Part shown: in pieces, positions 7,465 to 17,088 of the stretch | Position numbering within the stretch: position 1 is the first letter of the stretch | Layout of the letters: each line of letters opens with the position of its first letter | Assembly: GCA_030587585.2 (NCBI GenBank) | Contig: JAUQYS020000333.1 | Span: forward strand, 1 to 63,074 | Direction: 5' to 3' | Origin: Candidatus Njordarchaeota archaeon | GTDB taxonomy: Archaea > Asgardarchaeota > Njordarchaeia > Njordarchaeales > Panguiarchaeaceae | Length of the DNA: 63,074 nucleotides | Notes under the pieces: generated by a model | What the model saw: only the letters and a program-made list of their open reading frames with translations | The model's database searches: none | Told to the model about the DNA's origin: nothing | Translations under genes and position numbers: made by a program

Positions 7465-10400
7465 TTTTTACCACCATTCTCTAATTCATTTAATTTTTTA
7501 AGAAGATGACGTTTTCTTTTACTGACCTTAAAAATAAGTTTCTTGTATACCCTTGCCTGTGCCCCTTTTACGCCGCCCTCTTTGAGAATACCTTTTATAT
7601 GAGTGAGTAGTGCATTTAGCGTTTCGAGCTCCATTTCTATTTGTTTTTTGTTGAATTTTTCTTTTTCTTTGCCCTTGAAAAGTTTCTCTCCCGCTGTTAA
7701 AGAATATAATATCATGCGGTCGAGATATCTACGATCATCAAGCTCTAGACCTATTATCTGTGCTTCGTTCTTTATTTTTTTCTGCATAAATATCCGCAAT
7801 AACTGAGACTTTTTCTTTCCGATAAGCTCCTTTTCCACTTTCTTCAATTTGCGGTATGTTTCTATATCTCTTGTTTTTGCTTTCATTACCTGTTCGATAT
7901 CGAGAGCCTCATTGATTCTTGCTATATCAATGCTATATTTTTCTGGCAGTGGAACTAGAGTAAACATTTTTTTTCTAAGAGCACCATACTTCTTTATGTC
8001 CCTGTCGTCTTGCCGCCGTGTCTCTATATTATATTCTCTCACTGCTTTTGCTAATGCTTCATCATCCTTATACATAGTCATAATATCCGCATCAGATATC
8101 TCAAACTTGACTGGCTTAAGCTTCTTAAGGTCTTCTTTAGATAATTTTGGCATAAACTCTCTTGATAATGGCGGAACAAATAATGCTACTGTATCACCAT
8201 CAAAGTCGATAGTTGCTTTCTCAGCTGTTATCGGGTGCAGGCCGATAACATATTTATATTTTCCCGAATGATCGATACGCACTTTTAGAGTCAAAATACT
8301 GCTAGAAGTTGTTACTGGTTCTTTCCTAACAGTCACCAAGTCTCCTTCCTTGACGCCAAGTGCCTTTGCTGTCTCGGCATCAAGCAACACTTCATCGGGT
8401 GCTACATCTGCTGCTACTGCGTGGCGATCAATACCAAGCATGTATCTGGGTTTGAACATAAGCTCGTATATTCTCCGCAAAATAAATTTCCGCATGGGAT
8501 GAAAAGTGGCCTTTTTTTCTGCCTCCGACATCGAAGCATCGATCCCCATTTTTCGGACTTGTCCCTGATGATCGATGTAATAAAACTTAAGAAATAGAGG
8601 GATGTATATCTTCTTGTATGTCTTTGCTTTCTTTGTACCCCATGCAACCGTATGTTCATAGTCTATCACCTCTCCATACTCGTCAGGTTTTGGTTCTTTC
8701 TCATCAAGAACAAGACGATATTTGTGCGGGTCTTTGGGATCACGAACAAGCTTGAGGTGAAGTACCTTTAGTAATTGTTGGAGTTCTTTTCCAACAAAAT
8801 AAAATTGTTTCCATAACTTTTCTGGTTTCTCTTTTTCCAATGCACCCATAAGAAATGTCCAAGACATTTTGACTCCGTTCGAGGCATAGTTAGCGGCTAT
8901 ATGTTCTGGATCGGGAAAAATAAAAACATAGCCATCACCCATTTTTTGTTCCAAGAGAAGTGCTGCTTTTCTCTTGTTTAATTTTTTCTTGTATTCACGT
9001 ATAATAAGTTTTTCTTCTTCAGTAAGTTTTTTGCCATCCGCCTGCTTCAACATAAGTTCTTTTGCCTTTTTCTCTAACTCTTCGGGAATATCAGCCCAAA
9101 CATCAGTTGGATTCACATATATAATCGGCTCTTTTCCAGGAATAATATCCGTGACTACTCCCTTTATTCCCGTTCTGCTCATAATTTTATCGCCGACTTG
9201 AAGTTCAGCTTCTCGGATAATCACATATGGTCTGGTATAATATACTAGGCCATATTGCCGCACATGCTTCTTTGGTGGACCAAGCCAATGGACTTTTCCC
9301 TCAAAGGGAGAATATACGCTTGCGATACCTGTGCCTACATCCTTTAGAGGTACTGTTACTACGGGATCTCCTCTCTTTACGTATGTACCTTCTGGAACAA
9401 ACCCGTCCTCAGTAGCTGCGTATGCTTTCTTTTTTACTGATGTGAATACATATCTGAACTTTTTGGCTGCGGCTTTGGTTATGACTACTCCACCGCCATA
9501 CGTTTTTTTGAATAGTTTTGGAGCAAGAGCAAGTTTTAGTTTAAGATTTACGCCTTCACCAGCGATATCATTTCTTATTGCTGGGACTTTTGGAAATTCT
9601 CCATATAGAAGCTTCATTCTTCCCTTATTTTTTGCTATTGCATGAGCAGCTATCTGAAGCCTTTTTGGTGGCGAATAATTGTAGAACGGAATATTATATA
9701 CTGCTGGTGAAAAATGTTTAAATTTGCCATTTTCATCTATATCACATATCATTCTTTGCATACCTCTCTGTGTTTTATCGTTGCTCGCATAGGCTGGACA
9801 AAGTCTGATCTTTTTCAATTCATCAGGAATCATTTTTTCATAGACCATATCGCCAAATTCCCTAGCGATCTTTTTTTCTTCTGGAGTCGCCTTGACCGAG
9901 AACTTCGATACATCGCCACCCAACTCCTTGTATATTTTTTTTGCTTCTTCGAGTTCTTTTGGTGTGATGCTATATGCTGTGAGTATTGCTTCGTCGGGAA
10001 CCCCCTCTTTTAGGGACTTGAATATGCGCTTATATAGACGTTTTTGTTGTTCGATTGCTTTTACGTATAGGCTTCTGAGATTTCGGCGGATTATGTCGCC
10101 AAGAAAAATATACATTCTCAAATCTCCGAAACGCTCTGTGAATGGTACGACTGGGTCCCCTTTTCTGTGCGGGAGCAAACCGAGATATTCTGGCGAAAGA
10201 AAATCATTCATACCTAAATAAAAGGGTCTGAACTCCCGCTTTATATTTTCTAATGCCTGCATAGCGGCTTGTCTTTTTTTCTTAAAATGCATTCTGAGCT
10301 CGGAGATTTCCCGTTTATCTATTCTCTCGTTCTTGAGCAACTCATTTATTTCTGTGCGGGATATTCCAAGCCACTCTGTGAGCTTATTTTTCTTCATCCA

Positions 10401-10541
10401 CGGCCTAATAAGAATATTATACCGCAACAATATATCCTTGTATTCCCTAGGACGAAGCAACATATTATCATTCCTAGCCAGATCTCCCTTCGGCTTCATA
10501 GATATTTTTTCGGTTTTGAGTTTTTGAGGCGACAAACTCAT
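7461..10541 (-). CDS. single-chain two-barrel (fused beta-like/beta-prime-like) RNA polymerase, 1026 aa
   Basis: beta DPBB motif VGDKIMSRTGIKGVV (nt 9156-9194); beta-prime DPBB motif VRKEPVTT...LHPITAEKATIDFDGDTVALFVPPLS (DFDGD nt 8193-8207); GGGTGATG SD. Confidence 0.8.
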   Translation of the reverse strand: MSLSPQKLKTEKISMKPKGDLARNDNMLLRPREYKDILLRYNILIRPWMKKNKLTEWLGISRTEINELLKNERIDKREISELRMHFKKKRQAAMQALENIKREFRPFYLGMNDFLSPEYLGLLPHRKGDPVVPFTERFGDLRMYIFLGDIIRRNLRSLYVKAIEQQKRLYKRIFKSLKEGVPDEAILTAYSITPKELEEAKKIYKELGGDVSKFSVKATPEEKKIAREFGDMVYEKMIPDELKKIRLCPAYASNDKTQRGMQRMICDIDENGKFKHFSPAVYNIPFYNYSPPKRLQIAAHAIAKNKGRMKLLYGEFPKVPAIRNDIAGEGVNLKLKLALAPKLFKKTYGGGVVITKAAAKKFRYVFTSVKKKAYAATEDGFVPEGTYVKRGDPVVTVPLKDVGTGIASVYSPFEGKVHWLGPPKKHVRQYGLVYYTRPYVIIREAELQVGDKIMSRTGIKGVVTDIIPGKEPIIYVNPTDVWADIPEELEKKAKELMLKQADGKKLTEEEKLIIREYKKKLNKRKAALLLEQKMGDGYVFIFPDPEHIAANYASNGVKMSWTFLMGALEKEKPEKLWKQFYFVGKELQQLLKVLHLKLVRDPKDPHKYRLVLDEKEPKPDEYGEVIDYEHTVAWGTKKAKTYKKIYIPLFLKFYYIDHQGQVRKMGIDASMSEAEKKATFHPMRKFILRRIYELMFKPRYMLGIDRHAVAADVAPDEVLLDAETAKALGVKEGDLVTVRKEPVTTSSSILTLKVRIDHSGKYKYVIGLHPITAEKATIDFDGDTVALFVPPLSREFMPKLSKEDLKKLKPVKFEISDADIMTMYKDDEALAKAVREYNIETRRQDDRDIKKYGALRKKMFTLVPLPEKYSIDIARINEALDIEQVMKAKTRDIETYRKLKKVEKELIGKKKSQLLRIFMQKKIKNEAQIIGLELDDRRYLDRMILYSLTAGEKLFKGKEKEKFNKKQIEMELETLNALLTHIKGILKEGGVKGAQARVYKKLIFKVSKRKRHLLKKLNELENGGKK

Positions 10542-10550
10542 AGCATCACC

Positions 10551-11801
10551 CTATAGGAAAAATATTCCCAATATACCGAATATGAAGCCAGCAATACCCA
10601 AAGCCAAAATGAAATAACCATAATCCTCGATAAATCTTTCCATCGGAGATCTTATCTGTTTTCTAACAGAATTAAACGCCATAAGCCAAATCTTCAGAAT
10701 ATCTGCGGCCCTATCCTCAGCCATAAGATCTATCTGAGCATTAAGATTCTCATACGCTTGCTTATAGAGATCTCTCTCCCTCTTCACTTCTTCTAGCTTG
10801 ACCCGCAACATCTCTGACTGGTATTTGTCTATCTTAAATGCTGCTTCGAGAATATCAGCCATCTCTGGCGGCTTTGGCAGATCTGATCCCTTGAATAAAT
10901 GATCAATATGATTAACACTAAACGCAAGATAAAACAACGGAACAGACCCCTGTGCCTCAACAGAAACAAGATAACCAACATGGACCAACCAGACTGGAGT
11001 ATATTGCGCCGAAACAAAATATCCGTTCTCGTAGAGCGTCGTAGTGAAGTAGCGTAGTTCTTCTATTGGAAACGGCGACATTATCCAGCGATATTCAGGA
11101 AGTTCGTCTTCATCACCAAGAGTACATTGAACCAGATAATAATAGTACTTTCCGAATTCGAGTACTTTTACTCCAGGAGGAAACGGCTCGGCCGGACGCA
11201 CAATGTATTCTTTTTCACCCATCTCCATCTTGATTGCTTCTTCTTGCTCCTCATCATCCTCTAAAAGTGCATGCATAGGGCTTTCAGGATTTTGATTCTC
11301 ATCTGTTTGTTCCTCAGCAACTGGAGTCCCGCCGTTTGGCTGAAATCTCTTAGGGATCTTTATTGGGACTGCTACTGCTGCTTTGTCTGAGTTTGGTTTT
11401 GCTATTGGTTTGATAGAATATAGACGGATTATTTCTCGCACATAGTCCGTACCGATCTTTGTGTATGATTCCCAATGGTTGTATGGTCTTATCGCTATTT
11501 CTGCTTTTCGTTCCAGATGATAATAAAGAGGAATCATCACGCAGTACGATACTATCAGAACCAGTATCAGTTGCGGAAAAGTAACTATGCCCATCGCTAT
11601 TAAGATGTCTGGAGCAAAAATAAGCAATGAGAAGAAAATGAAGAACGGAGCAAGGCCAAGAAAAGCAACAAAGCTTCCAGCGTATTGCATATCTTTAAGG
11701 GGTGGCATCGGAAAAACTAGCACATCTCCGACATATTTTTTCTTCTTTTTGAAAAAAAAACCGAGGATTCTTTTCTTCAGACTCTTACCCAACATGTTCA
11801 C
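10551..11801 (-). CDS. multi-pass membrane protein with acidic loop and C-terminal coiled coil + TM (416 aa)
   Basis: N-terminal TM helices, EDDEEQEE stretch, C-terminal hydrophobic anchor; 4-nt overlap with upstream gene. Confidence 0.65.
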   Translation of the reverse strand: MNMLGKSLKKRILGFFFKKKKKYVGDVLVFPMPPLKDMQYAGSFVAFLGLAPFFIFFSLLIFAPDILIAMGIVTFPQLILVLIVSYCVMIPLYYHLERKAEIAIRPYNHWESYTKIGTDYVREIIRLYSIKPIAKPNSDKAAVAVPIKIPKRFQPNGGTPVAEEQTDENQNPESPMHALLEDDEEQEEAIKMEMGEKEYIVRPAEPFPPGVKVLEFGKYYYYLVQCTLGDEDELPEYRWIMSPFPIEELRYFTTTLYENGYFVSAQYTPVWLVHVGYLVSVEAQGSVPLFYLAFSVNHIDHLFKGSDLPKPPEMADILEAAFKIDKYQSEMLRVKLEEVKRERDLYKQAYENLNAQIDLMAEDRAADILKIWLMAFNSVRKQIRSPMERFIEDYGYFILALGIAGFIFGILGIFFL

Positions 11802-14800
11802 CTTCTATATTCTTTAATAATTTTATGTTGCTTATAATCTTCTACTTGCCATTCACGAGGAATCTTAGGCAATCTTTGTTTTTGTTTCTTCTTTTTGTTG
11901 AGAACGGCATCAACATCACCAGTGAGCAGCAAGCGAAGCTCATCTTTTGATGAATTCTTCAACATTGTATATATCAGAGGTATGCCTAGAAGAACAGCCA
12001 TCCCCCCGAGCAGTATTTTGGACCAATACTGAAATTCGTCCTTAAGAGCATCTGATGTTTCTCTGGCTAGACGTGCTTCATAGGCAGTGGCCTTCACATC
12101 ATTATTCATTATCTGCATCTGGTCCTTTATTGTCGGGATCTCGTCATGTATGTAGGTATATGTCTTGTTTATGTTTGAAGAAATTATTGTTATACGATTG
12201 ATTAGCGTTGCGTTCAGCCGATCTAATGTAGAATTAACAATAAGCACAGTACTATTCAGATCGATAAGCATAGCCGAAATGTTGCTATACTGATTATTTA
12301 TGGAGATATTCATAGAGTATATCGACTCATTTATCTGCGACAGATTCTGGTATATTTTTACTGTAAGGTTATTTACCTCCCAAAACAAAGTCGAATTGAC
12401 TTGCGTTAGGTTGAAGTATATCCAGTTAATCTGCGAAGATATATTCGAATTGACCTCCCTGAGATCATATTGTATCTGAGTAAGCAAACTACCAACAGTA
12501 GTATTATTCATACCCAACATAATCGTAATATTCACCACCGTCTCGTTTATCTGCGAATTCCAAAACGAAACATTCAGATACACACTAAAAACAAGCGTAC
12601 TCAGAGACTCATTCATATCATAAGTAAAGTTATACAGATCTTCTATATTGGACAAAACATCGCCAAGAGTATTTCCCTCCAAGATCCAAAAATAGTCCCG
12701 AGAAACTGTCAGCGTAACATTAAACCAACTTCCACCAGGATAACTAACATTCAAGATATATACCCCCTCGAACAGCAAATATTCTGTGATCTCATGTGGC
12801 GCAAGCCACTCACTAAGCTCAATATCCGTATCACTCTTTTTAAGCGAAATATGTATAAAAGAGTCATCCTTGCCATTAAAGAACTTCCACGAATAAACAT
12901 CCAGAACAAAATCCTGAAAATAAGCATAATCCCTCGGCTCAAAAATCAGCCTATTACCCCAAATATCCGTAACATTAAACCACAAATATTTCCCGTAAGG
13001 ATGCCGATATACTTCATCATAAACAGGCCGCCACCGTAATCGCCCCTTCAGATACGCTATCTCCCGAAGCTCATCCAAGGATATGTATTCTTTTTTAAGC
13101 ATTAACTCATCAACATTCTTCCCTTCGATCCAAGAAAAACTCAAAGTAGCCGTACGGTTATATTGGATACTCTCCGAATTGGATGAAAAATCAATCTCAA
13201 AAATAAGTCTCGATGATGCGTTTTGAGAAATAGCTAAAAAACGAAAACCCATAGCAGAAACAACAAAACCAGAACAATTAACATAAAAATCTTCACCAAA
13301 AACAATAAGCGTAAAAATATCAGCAGAAAAAACTTTATCCGATAAAGAAAAATTACCCACCCACCCAAAAACTCCTCTTTCCCGCTCCGAAAAAGAAGAA
13401 CTCACATTAAGAGCACCAAGCCCAACGCCCGGAACATACGCAATTAATGTTCCCTCTAAAAAAGAAAAAGAAGATGCATTAAAAAGCCAACCGACCTCAG
13501 TCTCATTTAGTGTTCGGTTAAAAAACAATATGTATTTCACTTTTCCTTTGTAATATCTAATCTTCACCCAGCGATCTTCACCAATCGATAACTTGTAGTT
13601 CCCACTATCATCAAGTTGTAAAGTATAGCTCAATATCTCGGTGTCGTTCTCAAATATCTCAATAAGATCTGTTGTAGCATTATACCGCAACAAAAAACTC
13701 GTCCATGTTGTTGTGTTTCCGTAATAATTACGAACATCTTGTATATCCCCCTGATTGGTAATAACTCTTTTATGTGTGCTGTTGAACGGATTCTGATAAA
13801 CAAAAAACTGTGGTTTACAGACAAATTTTCCTTGCCCATCATCACTTACACTTGCATAATTATCCGCTTTTTCGAGAATATAGATTGTTACACCATTCTC
13901 TGTAGGAAATTCAAAAATATCGGTTTGGAATCTAGACTGCTGAAACACCGCATACCCATTTTCAAATGTAATCGGATCTCCTTGTGTAAGAGTGGCATTA
14001 TGCAAATTCAACGCCACATCGTGCAGAAAAGACCCCGTCGTGTATGGATCGTTTCCCGTCAGATCGTATGCCAGATACAGATCGTCTATCTTCACACTCG
14101 CCGTTCCCGTCGAATTAGCATCACCAAAGACCTCGCTCGGACTATTCGCCACATATATATGCAGCGACTCAAAATCCACGTGTGTCCCTCTACTTGTGTG
14201 AAAAGAGATACGACTCTCCTCCTCAACCGCATAATTCCAAGTATCCTCGCTCTTAAACCAAATCTCATACGTCCCTGGTATGGTTGCTGTGAAGATCTTG
14301 CTCGATGCGTCCCATGTTCCTTCAATGTTCGAGAAATAAAACTCCCAAGTATCAGGAATCGCAGAGAAATTCACTCTAACAGAATATTTAGGAATTTGAA
14401 CTTCAACTTTATGTAAAACTTCGGAACCATTATCGACTACTTTATGTTCAACTGACAGATATTGGAATCTATTTGTTGGCCTTATAACAACATAATCAAC
14501 ATTAATAATACGTTCCTCTTCTGAGTAATGTGATCCTTCAAAATATACATATAGCTTACCATTATAGTGATCACATTCACCAAAACTAACAGTAACTGTT
14601 TTAGAAGAATAAGATGTCCCAAATGTTACACATCCTTTCAAATCATACGAAATCATGACAGGAACTGACGAATCTGGATCATACATTGTCTTATATGACC
14701 CAACCTCCAAACTCCATTTTCCAGTATCATTCACAAAACACCCGCCAATTTCGATAATATATTCCCCGAGAAGAGGAGGTAATTCTATTACAAGCAATTT

Positions 14801-15151
14801 TTCTTCTATTACCATGTTTATAGGCCACCATTGTGAAACATTTATCCCTACAGAATCTGCAAGCATCACTATACTGCGATTTATTTCAGTCATATTGAAG
14901 TCAGTAGTTCCATAAGTATAAGTTCGTTTATAATATACACGGTATGTATGCTCAAAATTTATTGCCGGCAACTCTAAACTCACATTCAACCAGTCCACCG
15001 CATCTGTCGTGTTCACCTCCCTCGGCATCTGCCACGGCTCCTCAGGAATATGTGCTTTCCCATCGTTATAATTTGTTGTTGCCAATACGTTTGCAAACAT
15101 TAATGCTATTATTACGATTAGGAGGATTGCGTCTCGCCTCATTTTTTTCAC
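11798..15151 (-). CDS. large type I membrane glycoprotein with LamG/concanavalin-like domain and sequon-dense coiled-coil stalk (1117 aa)
   Basis: Signal/anchor ILLIVIIALMFANVLA; LamG_3-like end GKVKYILFFNRTLNETEVGWLF (about nt 13480-14050); about 19 N-x-S/T in nt 12140-12645; C-terminal TM ILLGGMAVLLGIPLIYTML. Confidence 0.75.
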   Translation of the reverse strand: MKKMRRDAILLIVIIALMFANVLATTNYNDGKAHIPEEPWQMPREVNTTDAVDWLNVSLELPAINFEHTYRVYYKRTYTYGTTDFNMTEINRSIVMLADSVGINVSQWWPINMVIEEKLLVIELPPLLGEYIIEIGGCFVNDTGKWSLEVGSYKTMYDPDSSVPVMISYDLKGCVTFGTSYSSKTVTVSFGECDHYNGKLYVYFEGSHYSEEERIINVDYVVIRPTNRFQYLSVEHKVVDNGSEVLHKVEVQIPKYSVRVNFSAIPDTWEFYFSNIEGTWDASSKIFTATIPGTYEIWFKSEDTWNYAVEEESRISFHTSRGTHVDFESLHIYVANSPSEVFGDANSTGTASVKIDDLYLAYDLTGNDPYTTGSFLHDVALNLHNATLTQGDPITFENGYAVFQQSRFQTDIFEFPTENGVTIYILEKADNYASVSDDGQGKFVCKPQFFVYQNPFNSTHKRVITNQGDIQDVRNYYGNTTTWTSFLLRYNATTDLIEIFENDTEILSYTLQLDDSGNYKLSIGEDRWVKIRYYKGKVKYILFFNRTLNETEVGWLFNASSFSFLEGTLIAYVPGVGLGALNVSSSFSERERGVFGWVGNFSLSDKVFSADIFTLIVFGEDFYVNCSGFVVSAMGFRFLAISQNASSRLIFEIDFSSNSESIQYNRTATLSFSWIEGKNVDELMLKKEYISLDELREIAYLKGRLRWRPVYDEVYRHPYGKYLWFNVTDIWGNRLIFEPRDYAYFQDFVLDVYSWKFFNGKDDSFIHISLKKSDTDIELSEWLAPHEITEYLLFEGVYILNVSYPGGSWFNVTLTVSRDYFWILEGNTLGDVLSNIEDLYNFTYDMNESLSTLVFSVYLNVSFWNSQINETVVNITIMLGMNNTTVGSLLTQIQYDLREVNSNISSQINWIYFNLTQVNSTLFWEVNNLTVKIYQNLSQINESIYSMNISINNQYSNISAMLIDLNSTVLIVNSTLDRLNATLINRITIISSNINKTYTYIHDEIPTIKDQMQIMNNDVKATAYEARLARETSDALKDEFQYWSKILLGGMAVLLGIPLIYTMLKNSSKDELRLLLTGDVDAVLNKKKKQKQRLPKIPREWQVEDYKQHKIIKEYRR

Positions 15152-15327
15152 CTCCTTTTAATACCAAAAAAAGCGAGAATTGCGAAGAGAATTATTATTA
15201 TGTCGTCTATGGACATCGCTATGAACATTACTAGGGGGTTGTTTATGTGGAAAATGCCGACTATGACTAGGCTTAATAGGAAGCCGAATATTGCGAGCGT
15301 TATGAAATCTAGTATTTTTTCGTTCAT
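15148..15327 (-). CDS. small membrane protein (59 aa, 2 TM)
   Basis: ORF trimmed to ATG after GGGTGGAG; hydrophobic. Confidence 0.5.
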   Translation of the reverse strand: MNEKILDFITLAIFGFLLSLVIVGIFHINNPLVMFIAMSIDDIIIILFAILAFFGIKRR

Positions 15328-15344
15328 TTGCTCCACCCATAAAA

Positions 15345-15358
15345 TATGTATCTACATA
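15345..15358. promoter_or_regulatory. 14-bp palindrome TATGTATCTACATA (TC core)
   Basis: 18 nt upstream of ATG 15327, downstream of boundary repeat. Confidence 0.6.
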
Positions 15359-15359
15359 C

Positions 15360-15396
15360 AAAAAGAAAAAAAGAAAATATATTAATAGCGTAATAC
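15360..15396 (-). repeat. inter-operon boundary repeat, copy 2
   Basis: Matches 5190-5226; abuts stop codon of 15396-16244. Confidence 0.6.
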
Positions 15397-16244
15397 TAAT
15401 ATCGGCTTCTCGTTGCGAACATACCTAGAAGCCCTATTCCCATCAAGACTATGCCATACAGATTAAGTACTATCACTTTCTTGCGAGTGGTCGTTGGTAC
15501 TGAGGGAACTACTAATGATTCTCCTGTGATTACTGATTCTATTTCTGTTGTTAAAACAACCGTGGTTCCGTTTATTACTGTGGTTATTGTGGCATGAATC
15601 GTTGTCGTTATGCCTGTGGTACTGTTCGCTGTTGCTTGAGTCGGTGTATATTTTTGCCATGTTGTTTCTTCCTTATTTTTTGAGAGAACCGCATAGTATA
15701 TTACTTTGGTTCCACCAGAAAACGAGGGTTTTTCCCACTTGACAAAAAAGTCTATACCGACTGCATTATTAGTTACGTTGAGTCGAAACTCAATTCTTGC
15801 GTATTTTGTTCCAAACACACTATCTGGAAATACGAAATATATGTATGAATTGTTCTGCAAATACCCTGCTGATGGAGGGTCCCATCCCGCATGATAGCCT
15901 AAGATGTACATTATTTTCGAAACATTATAATACGTAAAATTCCAGTAATAATAATTTTTTCCATTGTGGCTCTCATGCTTCCATGCTGAGCCGTCAAGCC
16001 CAAAAGGGGCGCCTATCAAAGAGAGATGATAACGAATCGAAAAAATGGGGACAACAGGCCCGTAGGTAATTAGATATGCTACATACGAGCCGTTGCTTAG
16101 ACGCTGCATTCTGAAAAAGAAAGAATCTGTAGACATCTCGGTTGGTATTTGCTCACTGATCGATATTTTCTGCAACATAGGCGAAATAGCCATAAAAAAA
16201 CCCAACAAAAAAAGAAGAAAGAAAAAAACTCTAGCTCGGCCCAT
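15396..16244 (-). CDS. membrane-anchored glycoprotein, paralog family (282 aa)
   Basis: Start trimmed to MGRARVFFF after GGAGGTAGAGG; FRMQRLSNGSYVAYLITYGPVVP shared with 17089-17991; Thr-rich stalk, C-terminal TM. Confidence 0.7.
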   Translation of the reverse strand: MGRARVFFFLLFLLGFFMAISPMLQKISISEQIPTEMSTDSFFFRMQRLSNGSYVAYLITYGPVVPIFSIRYHLSLIGAPFGLDGSAWKHESHNGKNYYYWNFTYYNVSKIMYILGYHAGWDPPSAGYLQNNSYIYFVFPDSVFGTKYARIEFRLNVTNNAVGIDFFVKWEKPSFSGGTKVIYYAVLSKNKEETTWQKYTPTQATANSTTGITTTIHATITTVINGTTVVLTTEIESVITGESLVVPSVPTTTRKKVIVLNLYGIVLMGIGLLGMFATRSRY

Positions 16245-16251
16245 GCGTCCT

Positions 16252-17079
16252 CTACCTCCTGCGAAGTAGTATGATCCCAACAAAAATGGCCAACACCAAG
16301 ATCGCAATCGGTATATAGTTCAGCTTTGTCTTTTTTGTCACAACAACATCTATATTGGTACCGATAGTCGTGGTTATTGTCGAATTGATTGATATAATTG
16401 ATGATGATGCCGAGTCTATAATTGTCGTTAAAGTTTCTTTTATGCTAGTAACTGTGATTATTTCGCTAGTAGTGGTTGTTGCTATGGCTTCAAGTGGTTG
16501 CGGTTTTATAAGCGTATCGGCACTACTGAACCTAGCGTATAGTATTTTTCTTTTGCCCCCCATTCCTTTAGAATAGTTATATGCCCAAACGAGGTGTGCA
16601 TACTTCCATATCTCAAAGACATTTTTAAAGAATCTAAAGTATAAAACTCTACCGTTTTCCGCTGGCAACAAATACTTCATTTGATCGCTTGTGTAGTCCG
16701 TAATATTATTGAATGTCCCCACGACCCACCAAGAAGTATGTTTTATCGCATATACTGTATAATACCAGGACATATTAACACGATTGTAGCCCCACCATCT
16801 TTCCCATTTCATATGACAAAAAACACCCGCATTATCTATGGGAACCAGCCGTCCAGTAGCATTTATGTAGCATACATTAAAATTTCCGTATATTATCCAA
16901 AAGGTTTCCCAGGTCCCATTCACAAACTGACGAGCAAAAAAATATATGGTATCATGATCCAAATAGTCTGGAAATTCCGTTTCTATTTTTTCAACAATGC
17001 TAAGTTGTCCCGAAAAAAAGAGCCCTCCCAACAGGATACACAACAAAAACAAAAAAATGAATATTTTTGCTCGCCTCAT
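16252..17079 (-). CDS. membrane-anchored glycoprotein, related family (275 aa)
   Basis: Signal-like N-terminus, sequons, T/S/I-rich stalk, C-terminal TM + RRR; start after AGGTGA. Confidence 0.7.
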   Translation of the reverse strand: MRRAKIFIFLFLLCILLGGLFFSGQLSIVEKIETEFPDYLDHDTIYFFARQFVNGTWETFWIIYGNFNVCYINATGRLVPIDNAGVFCHMKWERWWGYNRVNMSWYYTVYAIKHTSWWVVGTFNNITDYTSDQMKYLLPAENGRVLYFRFFKNVFEIWKYAHLVWAYNYSKGMGGKRKILYARFSSADTLIKPQPLEAIATTTTSEIITVTSIKETLTTIIDSASSSIISINSTITTTIGTNIDVVVTKKTKLNYIPIAILVLAIFVGIILLRRR

Positions 17080-17088
17080 CTGCATCAC

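Noticed and set aside
12470-14416. Plus-strand ORFs 12470-13039 and 13739-14416 (189 and 225 aa)
   Set aside because: Antisense to the 1117-aa glycoprotein gene, low-complexity I/R/N/K-rich, no SD. The same reasoning applies to the other plus-strand ORFs inside minus-strand genes (for example 7849-8271, 9331-9645, 37392-37775, 41005-41421, 51988-52479).
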